Positions 1 to 12,000 of a stretch of 64,000 bases of DNA are shown here, one piece after another (the first letter of the stretch is position 1; the number at the start of each line of letters is the position of its first letter). The stretch lies in NCBI GenBank assembly GCA_029571225.1, contig JAKPTF010000035.1, positions 145,925-209,924 on the forward strand. Direction: 5' to 3'. Made by a program: the position numbers and the translations under genes. The stretch is from Candidatus Omnitrophota bacterium (GTDB taxonomy: Bacteria; Omnitrophota; Gorgyraeia; Gygaellales; Profunditerraquicolaceae). The notes beneath the pieces were generated by a model. That model ran no database searches, was not told where the DNA came from, and saw only the letters and a list, made by a program, of their open reading frames with translations.

Positions 1-3000
1 CAAATCGAGATCATTGATATCAAAGGTATAGTTGTCCCTAACAATACTCTCTCCGGCCGGGGTAACATTGAAATATCCTTCGAGGGTGAGGAAGCCGTAA
101 TACCCGTTTACCTTGCCGGTATACATGGAAAGCGAACGGGTGACCTGGGAACCATCGGCATTATCGCCAACGGTAATTGCGTATTTTCCGATGCCGTTCT
201 TATCATTACCCTTAACAATGGTGCTTAATCCCAATTCGGCGTTTTCCTGGGCTGCAACGCTGCCTTTGAAGTCACGGGCGACTTCACGAGTGATCCTGCC
301 AAGTTCGTTTGCATCCTGGTCGTAAACGATCACGGTGTTGTCCGCGACGATGAATTTATTTGCCCAATCAATGTGCTTTAAGTTGCCAATACCGATTTCT
401 TTATAATCATCGGGATGCTTGGCATAGTCCAGGAAGAATTTGGTAGATGTAGTTGCCGGGATTTCGAATAACCGCAACACGGCTTCGGAGAACCTGGGAT
501 CGCTATAGTTGAATTCCTCGGTCCTGTCCACTTTGTTCCAGAAAGCATCCGGATTTGACTTTTCCTTAGCCAGGGCTGCCAGGGTGGCATAGAGCTTCTC
601 GGTTTCAAGAATATCTTTGTTGCCGTTTATCTTGACGTGCCGCTTGGCCTCCAGGGTCTTGTCAGACAGATTGCGGACTTCAACGAAAACAAGGCCCTTT
701 TCGTAATCTACAACCAGTGTCTCCGTGGGAGAAAGACTGAACGAAAGCGCCAGCGGGGTCATATCCATGGCGCCGGTAGCCGGATCGATCTTTTCCAGGT
801 CATAACGGAAGCTGATCTCGTTGCCCTCGTAGTACGCGGCAATATCGACGAACTTATTGTCGCTGATCTTGATCACCGGATCGTCGCTCGCGGCAAACGC
901 CTGGTCGGAGTAATCGATAATTTCGCTCTGATTCTCCGGGTTCAAACGGTTGATCCTCACCCAGGTTAGGTTTGCGGCTTCCGGCACCAGGGTGAACAGC
1001 GGCTTGCCGTCAACATGGGCAGCTTTCAGGTTAACCAGCACAGGAGCCAGCTCCCGGCTGATTTCCTGCACGTCGGCTTCGGAGAACGCCTGGGATGTGG
1101 AAATCTGCGTTTTGGCGATAAAGGTGTCTTCTGTACGCTCCACGATGTTGGTCAAGTCGGGCTTGCCCTCTCCCTGCTTATAGATCAGTACCATGCCGTT
1201 GAATTTGACCTTGATCGTTTCCTGCTCGCCGACCATGCCGTAGGCGCGGATCAAGTCGCCGTCAATGGTCAGTTCTTCGATCTGGTTAAACGGGATCGTT
1301 TTATCGCCGAGGACGAAGACCTTCGGACCTTCAACCACCACGTAGTTGCGAAGACCCAGTCCTGTAATGATAGCGAAGTTCTCGTCATAGTAAAACGCCT
1401 CCTTCACCGGTTCGGGTCCATCGTAACCGCGCGCGTCGAGGATATCCTGGCTGAACACGTCTTTGGCGAACAGGCCGCGATCAACTGTCACCACGCCCCG
1501 CACCGGGATGCCGGATACGACGTCTTCGCCCGGATAAAAGCTGACCACTTCCCTGCCGGTAAACATGTCGATACCGAAGGCCTCTTTGATGCTTTCTCCG
1601 CTGCGCCGGAAGAAACCAAAGATGAACTTTTCTCCGGAGATCAGGGTGAATTCATAATTCTCATCCACCAGCTCATCAGCGAACATCTTCTCTCCGGCGG
1701 AGGTAAACACGAAGGACAAACTGGCTGCGCTGTCGGTGACCGTCACGGTCTGACGGGAGATTTCCATGGCCGGTTTCTTCTCATACTTAACGTAGAAGGT
1801 ATACCCGGTCACCTTATCGTCGGCCCGATTCTCATACACCAGGATGGTATCCGAAGGCGAAACGATGGTCATCAGTTTCTGCATCGCCGCCTGGGGCACG
1901 TCGAAGCGCTTGTCCCCTGACAGTTCTGAAGCCTTTAGTTCATCGACCAGGGTAGCGGTCTTGTTGTCCTGCGGATAGTAGCCGCTAAGGTATATCCATT
2001 TGTCAGCGGAAATAGCCTGGAAGGTCTCCACGCTCATCAGTTTGACCGTGGTACCGGAAAGCAGCACTTTGCTCTGTTCGATAGCGCCTGCCTCCCGGTT
2101 CTCGATGATGAAGACCAGTGGCTGCGCGGCATCGAATGTCGGCTGTTCGACTTCTGCGGACTCGGAGATAACCGGTATGGCGATCGGCTTGTGAGTGTAT
2201 TCCCATCTGCCGTGGAAAGTACCGTCAGGAGTTTCGCGCACCGGCCGGATGCGAATATTCTCATGGCCGACCAGGTAATCCTGGGAATGCACGCCTGAGT
2301 TATCGGTGTAGGAACGGGTTTCCGTGGTCAAAGAATCGGTGGCAACTGGAATTACGAAAGACTGGGATTGATCTGCCGGGATGATCAGGGTGGTCCAGGC
2401 AGCGGTATTGGACTCATTGGAGAAACTGCTTCCGGTGGGCGCCACCTGCACTTCGTAATAATCGGCGCCCATGGCTGCGTCGTGCCTGATACCTACGGTG
2501 TAATAGGGCATGGAGGCATCGACCTTGGTGCGTACCAAGTCGGTATTCCACTCGAGCGGCTGCCAGCCGTGTTCACTCTCCCAGGCGCCGCGGTCAACGT
2601 TCATGCTGAAAACGGTCCAGTTTCCGGCAGGACGCTGGTTGTACGATTCACGGGGATCTATCTCCCAGAACCGTGCGCTAATGCGGTAGCTGCCATAATC
2701 AAATGTTTTACGCAGTTCCGGCTCGATCTCGCTGAACGCGCCGGTAACCGCATCTTTGTAATATTGCGGATTGCGATAGTTGACGGTGATGAATATCGGG
2801 TCGTTCTTGATTCCGCGGCCCACGTCTTCAATCACCACTTCCAGAACTGAAGGATAATCGCCGTTATATGTGCGTTCGGAAACATTCCATTGATATGGTT
2901 CCCACTGCCATTTCTCGTTATCCGGCTGCCAATCCCATTCATTGGTGCCACTGTTCCAGGCCCACTGGCCGTCATTGCCACGGACGACCTGACCGAACGA

Positions 3001-6000
3001 ACCGCCGTTATTGGGCAGGCTATACATGTCCACGCCGGCCTGTTCGTTCTGGGGCAGGGGTACGCGCACCCAGTTACCGTCTTGGCCGGACACGGTTTCT
3101 CCCAGGTCGCCATCGCGTGACGGAAGCGACTGAAGATCCGGGTCCGCGCCGGTGGTAGCAGTATAGGTATTGATCCGGGCATCATCCCAATTTTTGTTCG
3201 TGAATCTCAAAGCAGTCTGGCCTTCGATGTACAGGCCAATGATATCAACTTCGTCTTCGACCTGATCACCGGCAAGATCCACAACCACAGTCAGCGGCTG
3301 GCTGATCTTGCTCGCCAGGCCGTCTTCGCTGATCACGTACGCGGAATAGTGATAAACATGGCCGTCCTGCAGATCGGTCTGATAGAATTTGGCATAGGAG
3401 GTGTCATAGGTCTTCAAGTCATAGGAAACCGTTTCGCCGGTGGTCGCGTCTTCCCTGTTCACAAAATAGTTCGCGGCGTCCCCCGCTGCATCTCCTTTGT
3501 AGCTGATCCCGAAGGTGATCGCGCCGGAAGCGCTGGTCACCGTAACCGGCTTGTTCACGTCTGTAACGTCGTCTCCGGTCCGCACGTTGCTGATCACCGG
3601 CGCATCCAGGATGGACGCTTCGTCGACTTCGACGGTGGTAGCGAATACTTCGTCCATGCGGACAACCTGCAGCATGCTCACGTCGGAGAGTTCACCGGGA
3701 TCCTGGGTGAAAAGTACCACGTCGTTGCGGTAAGTGCCGCTTTCAAGGTTGTAGGCGTTCAAGGTGACCAGGGAATTCATGGCGGACGGTTTGGTAAGGA
3801 AGGTGCCCACTGCTTCGGTCTCGCCCACCGGGGTAACGATCAGGGCAAAGGTAGCGCCGGAAATCATTTCTTTCTCGGCATCGCTCAACATGGAGGTATC
3901 CACATTGACGGCGTAGCTGCCGGTGGTGCTCACGTAATTGGCGGCAGGTCTGGCGGACATTTTCAAGGCTGTTTCCTGGAGTGGGGTCAGTGCGACTGAC
4001 TGGGCACCGATGGGCTGGACAACGGCAGGCGCGGCCTCAATGGCTCCTGCCGAAGGTGCCCTGGGCTGCACGGGCTGGAACGCCTGCTCCTGCGCTGCCT
4101 TGGCTCCTGTGCTCCATTCCGCTGCCAGGGCCTTTAAGACTTCTTTGGGGGTACCGTCAATCTTCACAAAACCCCAGTATTCTTCATTGGCATAATTGTC
4201 GTACGGCACATCCTTGGCAAAACCCCCCTTATCCTGCACCGACGGATTGCCGGCTTTCCACCACTCATCCTGCCAACTCATGAAAGTAACACCCAGGGAA
4301 CCATTCGTTGATATTTGTTTCCAAATGTTCACGTCGGCCTCCGCCTGGGCTTTCTGGTCCTCGAACCCGCCGCGATTGTTCCAGGAATCGGTACCGGCTT
4401 CGGAGAAGTAATACGGAACTTTATCTTCGCCGCGCACTAGATACGGCGCGAGTTTTTCGTCCGCAGGCGGGTACTGCGGCAGGGTTTCCGTAGTGCGGGT
4501 GTAGCCGTTATCCCACCAGTAAATATTGAAGCCGATGATGTCCACGCCGGCTGCCACGGCATCATCGATATCTCTTTCGAAATTCACGTCGGCCTGCGCG
4601 GTGGAAACAGGATGCCGGGGATCGATGGCGTGGGAGGCTGCGGTGGCTGCGGCGAGATCCTGCCACCATTGCTCGAGCTTTGCCGGATTAGTGTTGAATG
4701 CGGCGTCATACTCGTTGCCGAATTCCCACATCAGGATCGCCGGATGGCGCTTGTAATCGCCGATATATGTTTTATAAGATCCGCTCTCAATATCAACCTT
4801 GTTTGCAACAGTGCGATCGTCCACATAGGGAAAGCCTACAATCACCATGATATTGTGTTCGTGCAGGGCATCGAGCAGGTCTTTTTCAGGAGCGACATAG
4901 GTGCGCACGACTTTGATGCCGCTGTCCTGCATCAACTGCAGCGCCTCTTCCCCGCCCACGCCTTCCAGATCAAGCACGAGGTCGGTACGGTCTTCGCCTT
5001 TGGCGACCGTGGAAAGGGTTACGCCCCGGATCAGGCCGAATGCTTCATGGTTTACGTATATCTTGTTGTCGATGATCTCGACCTGCGGGCCGAAGAAGAA
5101 CAATTCCAGCGGTATCCAGACGCCCGTAGTGAACTCGGAAGCAGTGCCCGCGATGATCATCCTGCCCATGCCGCCGCTTCCCGGCACATAATACTCGCCT
5201 TCGATCACATCGGCGCCATACACGAAATTCTCCATTAACTTGACTGAATCACCGACCACCGGGACAAAACCGGTCCAGGTCAACGCGGCCCGGATCTCCG
5301 GTCCGACGATGATCATAGACAGGGTATCCCTGATCAGAGTTTCCGCAGCCATACGCTTGAAGGATTTTGCTTGTCTCCCCTGGGCCTCGGTTTGGGCTTT
5401 CAGTTGCGGGTACTGCTTGTGCAATCTCCACAGCGACAGGGAGTCAAAACCGAGGATGATGAAGAAGCTGCTAAGTATCAGGCCCACGGTGAGGGAGAAC
5501 TCGCCTGCGCCCAGCGGCATAGTCAGACCGTTAAGATTCAGGCCGATCTCCAGGATATCCTGCGGCACGATCATGGCCAGGCCGGTGCCGGATACAAGGC
5601 CCAGCACGCTGATCACGATCCTCTGCGAGGCCAGGGAAACAAACCCGGCGAGCAGAACCGTAGCGGCCAGTAACGCACCCTTGGCAACCTTGCCTACAGC
5701 AGTGCCTGTGCTATTGTAGATGGACTCACCTAAGGCCACAAGCAGATAATTGAATGAACCGGAAGCATTCGTAATATAGGAGGCATTTCTGGTCAGGCTG
5801 CCTTCGCTGGCGAGATCAGCCCTGGCTTCTTCCAGTAATTTGGCCAGCTCTTCTTCGTTCAGGCTGGAAATGTAGCCGTTCAACGCCATGTCAGCAGGAA
5901 CTAGGATATGCTGCAAGAGGAAGCGGTAGAGAATGAGACCGAGCACTATGCTGGGGATGGTCAACGCCAGTTTTGCTACGGCATTGCCAGTCCCGTTTTT

Positions 6001-9000
6001 GCCGGCTTTCTCTGCCAGCCAATTCAAGGATATAGCCCGGGACTGTCTTGATCGAAGCGCCTGCGCAACCCTGGCCAGATACAATTCCAAGAGCCGCGTC
6101 CTGTTGATGCCGGACGCGGCTGCGGTCTGCTCGTTGAAAAACTTGAGGATCCCCTTATTCTCTTTATTGTATAAATGCCGGTACGCGATCAGATAGGCAA
6201 TTAACAGTACGATCGCGAAAACGAAAACGCCGATAACGCCCAGGGACATGACAAACAGATACGCGCTGATATCCATGGCCCGGGAAAGGGCAAACGCGGA
6301 CACAACAGCAGTCACAGTGCCGATAATCGGAGCAATGGCCAAGCGCCACGTGCTGGGTGCGGTTGCGGACTGAACTTGCTCTTCACCGCCATCCAAAGTT
6401 CTGATTGCTTCCTGCGCCGGAGGCCCGCGGGTGATTCCAGCGTCGCTCGCGTAGTTGACATATGCACCCTCCGTGGCAGTGGCAAAAGTCCCTGTAAGTA
6501 TATTATTCCCAATAAGTTTTACGCCTTCAGCAGCAACAACATCAGTATTGGCCAGCGCGATAACGTCAGTCATCGTCGCCACAACAGCGGCATCACGCGC
6601 ACGGTCGCTGACCGGAACGCCTGTGCCGCCGTCTTTGGCCCTGCGTGCCGCTATCTTTTCGCGGCGCTTTATGAATTCTCTCAAATCCTCAAGGCCTGGC
6701 ATGTTCTCTTTCAGCGCTTCCTCGAGGAACTGCAGGCCGCGCTCTTCACCGAGGCCGTAGAGAATACCCTTATAGAATATTTCACGGAATTTCTTATCAG
6801 TGCTGGCGAGTGTTCGGGAATACGCAGGGTCCAAATAATGCAGAATCATGGCGGCCGGTGACCGGTACACGATATGCTCCCAATCAACGAACACTGGATA
6901 CCATTCGCCTGTTAGCGTCTCTACCCACTTCTCGTCCCTGCCATGGATATCCTCAAACGTCGCGCCGTACACGTATGCCTGCCCCTCGATCTTGATTGAT
7001 TGTTCAATCGTTTTAATCTTTTCCAGCTCCCCGTTCTTTACCTTGTCTTCCGGCCGGTATGGCAGTGAATCCCAGACCTTGGCAAGCCACGCACCTTCTT
7101 GGAACGCGACGCACCGGAACGACCTGCCTGCCTTCTCATACCGGCGCTCGATATCGGCACGGTGCAATCCGTTGATAAATTCTTCGGTTGAAACCAGGCC
7201 TTTATCATCGCCGGGTATCGGCGCCACACGGATATTGTATTTCTTGGCTGAATTTTTATTTGCCTTCCACATGATATACAGCTGATCACCGAGAGATAGC
7301 GACGTGGCGCGATCCATACTATAGGTCGGATCATTCGTATTATACACGTATTTGGCAACAAGGTCGTCGGCCACCACAAGCCTGCCCGCTGCCGTATGGC
7401 CGACTGCCTTTATCGTATAGACGATCCTTCTGCTGCCATGGTCAAGATACGTCAGCTCAACCTGGTCGAATGACATGCTTGATTCCGGCTCTTCAATCCA
7501 TTTTTCCAGTAACCCATGCGTCAATAACGCTTCGGCAACCGCAAGGAACCCTTGCCTGATCATATCCTTAATATACGGTTCGACCGTGGTATTGGCAGGG
7601 ACGATAAACGTCAGTTTGGCGCCGTTGATTTCATACCCGTTCATCACGCGCGGCTTTTTGTTTTCCGCTGCCTTATGATTCGTTTCTTTCTGCGCCTGGT
7701 CCTTTGCGATTCTTTTCCTCAAGGCTTCCCGTTCCGACCTCAATGCCTTGAGCGCTTCGTCTTTGCCGCCGTCGCGCTTGACATATTTCTCCTTGCCCTT
7801 CTTTGAATACGCGTTGATGACCGGAATACCCAATTCCTCCAAATCCTTTCCAAGCTGTCCTTCGAACGCCTCTTCAAGAGCCCGGGCATTCCTCACACGC
7901 CGGCCAGGATCCTGGTCGGATCTCTTTCGCTTAATTGTATCTTCTATCTCCACAGCCCCCGCAAACAGCGGTTTCAGATGGATCACAACCGCTTCGCCTT
8001 TGAACATGTCTATATACCTGCGCACGCCTTCTTCGGAAGTCGTGGTAACGATCGTCACATAGCCGTTTTCGATGTATTCATCGACAAGGCCCCTGATGAC
8101 CCCGTATGAGAATTCGCCGTTCTGCCATGTATAGAAATCCGCTCCTAACCGCGCTTTGAGCTCCTCAAACAGATACGCATCGGCGATCTTTTCCGTCACT
8201 TGCCGGTCAAGGGTAAACATGAGCTTACGCGGCTGGCCTGCCTCGTCATCCAAGGACACACCGAAAAGATCTGCCGAGATATATTTCTTGAGCTCCGCGT
8301 ACGCGAACTGCGATAATGCCTGCGGGTCCTCATACGAATTACGCGCCTTGCGGTTGGTGAACATCGGCAACACTTTGATCAACTCAGGATGCTCTCGCAA
8401 AAACGGTCCGAACCTTGAGGCAAAATCAACAAACGCGCTGCTCTGATTATTATCAATAAACCTGTACGAACCCAGGAGGTCTTTAAGCACAAATCCCGTT
8501 TTGCCAAGTGTCGAGATTCCTGCGACGATGACGACCAGCGGATTCTTTGTGCCGAATGCGTACCGATCGCTGAACCGTATGCCGCCATCTTTTATGCCCG
8601 GGGTAGTAAGAGACAGCGCGTTAACACCCTTATCCACCCGGCGCTGTTTGATCATGATAACGACCACTGCGCCAAGAGCTTTGGCCGTCTCCTTCACCGC
8701 AGCCTTAACCCTCATCCAGCCAGAGTTCCATTTCGCGCCCGGCATCACGATGCCGAACGTGACGCCGAGTTTTTCCATGGTTGCAAACAGGGTGTCAGCG
8801 GCCATGAAGCCACTGACGGTGATCATCGATATGATACTGATCGCCGCTGCCCATTTAAGCCCGCTTCTGCCAAACAGCAATACCGGCACAGAGAACGTCG
8901 CCATACCGACGACCAAAACCACGACTACCATGGCCATCGGGTCATGGCTGAACAGCAGGGCATTGATAAAATCGCCGCCGTCGTGCCGCGCTGTTTCCGA

Positions 9001-12000
9001 CATGAAACGGTCAATGACAGTAAGTTCGTGATCGATCCTCCTGACCGCTTCAGGTGAGCGGTTATGCAACGTCCCTTCGCGCAGCCCAAACGCCTGTTCG
9101 ATCAATTTCTGCTTTTTATCGACCAGGGCCCTCAACCTATTCGCGTCAACCCTAAACAAATACTTATTGTCTTCTACCTGCAGAAACACCAGATCACTGC
9201 CTTTTTCTTTCTGCTGCCAGACCGGGCCGTTGATACGATATGACAGTGCCTCGTATTTACGGGCGGGCATGGCTGTCAGGACCTTTTCTTTAACAAGGCC
9301 TTTAAACAGCGTGCTGACTTTTTTATGCAGCCCGTTCTCTAACCCACCGTCCAGCGCAACGCCCCTGACATTAGGCGTTGCCAAGAACGTATTACGCGAG
9401 ATTGAATTCCCCGTGGATCTTGTAAACAGGGATGTGATGGCTGTGGAAAGCGCCCCGGACGTGTTCCGCAACATGCTGTCGAAGCTGCTCATCGGATATA
9501 ATTTGCCAAGTTTCAGTCCGTCCGTTGCGGGTATAAACCTCGCCAGTCCGTTCATTGAGAAGATAGAGCCTGATAACGTGCTTTGCGCCAAACTGCTCGC
9601 GGCCTGCCGCAAAGATCTTGCTTTCATTGTCAAAGACGACCAGATGCTTGAGCGTAACGCTCTGTCCCGTTGCGAAATTAACCATGATACACCTCCGTGT
9701 ATTAGAGAACGCAGGCCGCGTAACCAAGAGGGGTCAGTCTCCTGGAGGTTTGTTGGAGCTCTTAGCACACGGCCCGCGTTCTCTACATATTCTGCCATCT
9801 TTTGCGCTTTGCCTGCCCAGGCAAACCCGACCGCTGATGGCGTTAATCCTTGACCCGATATAGTTGCAAGAGCGGCCCTGGCACCGGCAACCAGCCAATC
9901 TACCCCACCAGCCACGGAAGGAGTTAGATAGTGCGCCGGCGCAGGGCCGCCCTGTTGAATGCGAGCCGCTGCCTTATTCTTCACACCTGCCACGGTAGGT
10001 AGAATTTGCGCGAGCGGCGTCGAAATAAATGCCGTCCATAAGGAAGCTAACGCACCTGCCACGGTAGGTCGTTTCCAGGACGGCATAAGATCAAAAGCTG
10101 TCCCATCAGAAATCGAACTCACCTGCCACGGTAGGTCGTCGAGATGGGACAGCAAATTAAAAAGTGCCTTCTTTGCCCTACCTGCCACGGTAGATAGGCG
10201 CGAAGGCACCGAAGCTATGAATTTAATAGTAAGGGTAATGAGTGCAGTGTAGGATGCGGCTTTTTCAGCGGCAAGGCGCGCGGAAACGCGCGAGGCATTG
10301 ACGATCGCAAGGCGCGCGGTATTGACTGCCTTGGCCGTCTTGTGGACGACGCGCAGGACCATTGCCACCACGGCGCCGACAGCCTTGGAAGACCGTTTCA
10401 CAACGCGGATGTACCCGATGATCGTTGCGGCAGAACCCAGCATGAGCATTGCCGCAATGACCGGCGGCGCCGTCGCCCACGGCGACATGGACAGGGCATA
10501 CTGGATCAGATTGGCTGATCCGAACAACGCCATGATCCCCGCATACGGCATGGCCATAGCGATCGAATCATCGTACGCGGCAACCGCGCGGCTTCTGACC
10601 AACGAGCCGAAATCAGGCGTTGAAGGAACCGTGGATCCTGTAGACGGGAATGTTTCTGTGGTCGTATGCGCCATGGACGTGCTCGACAATGTGCTGCCGG
10701 TATTCGCCCCAGACACTGTTCCATTTGTCGGTGCGTCCGTTGCGCGTAAAGACCTCGCCCGTGCTCTCATTAAGGAGATAGAGCCTGAGAATATGCTTGT
10801 TGCCAAACTGCTCGCGACCTGCCGCAAAGAGCTTGTTGCCGTTCTCAAAGACAACCAGGTGCTTAAGCGTAATGCTCTGACCCGTCGTGAAGTTGACCAT
10901 GATTCACCTCCATCGTTCTGAAGATCCTTCTTGGCCGTTTCTTCAGCGTATTTGTCTGCCCGGACAAAAAACGCCAACGGCCGAACAATAATATATGAAT
11001 ACGCTGCTTCAGCGTACATATGCGCAAAATGAGGAATCTTGGTGGGATCAGCGATTACTGCTTTTGTATCATCAATGACTTTCTTGATTGTCTGGGTAAG
11101 CTTGAAGGCGATGCAGCAGCCGAACGTCTTGAGGGATTTGACGATGCGGATGAAGCCGGTGGTAAATTTGTTGGTGCGGATCTTGGCAATGGAATTGAAT
11201 TTAATGCCACCGTCCGGAGGACCACGGATAAAACGCCCGAGAACGCTCATGATCCATTTTGCATCTTGCGCTGCCACCGATATATATCTTTGATAACCAT
11301 AATTCACCTTTGATACTTCATTCGCTATACCAGTATCGCTGCCGGCAACTTGGCCATTCTTCACGGCCACCGCGGCAACGACATGGTCTGCTGCATTAAC
11401 CGGCATGGCAGCAGCGTTGGAACCGCCGTCATGCACGCCGACTATGACATCGCTCAGCGAATTCCAGTTATTAGCCGCTATCTCATTCATGCCTTCGATT
11501 GCCGCAGTAACATCAACATCTTCTTCATGGACGGCATAGAAGTTCTCATTATTCTTGTTGATCTTGACCAGTTCTCTTGTTTTGCCATTGGTAATAATAA
11601 TCTCTTCTCCGCCGTTGCGATACGCTTTAAGCTGGCCGTTGTTCATATACGATGCGGCAAAGAGAATATCAGTCAGAGAAGCGAGTTTCTGATCGCCATT
11701 GTGATCCACCTCTTTAATACTTGCGACGGCAGCGGCCAGATCAGAAGCTTCTACTTTGATTAACTTTGCAAGTTTCTGTACACCGCTGTTGTCATTCAAC
11801 GGATTATTTTGTTTTGCTTCGCTAAATTTTGGCTCTATTTCAGCGAGGATCGAAGCAAATGATTTTTCAAGTTCTTCAATCGTGGCCGTGTTCGCGTCAA
11901 CGAGATTTGCCGGGTACATTCTTAAGCTTTCTAAATCAATCTGCGCCTGTTCAATCATAAACATCATGCTCTGATACTCGGCGACCGCTAACTCCCTGCT

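Noticed and set aside
1015-1920. A plus-strand 301-aa ORF, and similar plus-strand ORFs at 3349..3999, 4612..5238, 9167..9853, 10298..10921, 19271..19870, 21859..22443 and 26651..27124.
   Set aside because: They are antisense shadows of the giant ORF. They have no SDs, show low-complexity or odd composition (Arg/Gly/His/Val runs), and are fully overlapped by the better-supported minus-strand frame.
9965-10209. The hairpin array read as a mini CRISPR array.
   Set aside because: The repeat is only 16 nt. The putative spacers pair with each other across each repeat as covarying stems. Spacing is irregular (69/67/59 nt) and no cas genes are in the window.
9959-10252. The plus-strand 97-aa ORF exactly spanning the hairpin array (repeated PATVGR).
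   Set aside because: Its openness follows from the palindromic nature of the units. It has no SD, the repeat phase changes between units, and the sequence is not protein-like.
9392-10900. Programmed ribosomal frameshifting that would splice the small-ORF frame into the giant protein.
   Set aside because: Copy A has an in-frame TGA two codons upstream of its ATG in the small-ORF frame. Both small ORFs end in their own stops and have ideal SD-ATG spacing, which fits independent initiation better. This is not fully excluded without data.
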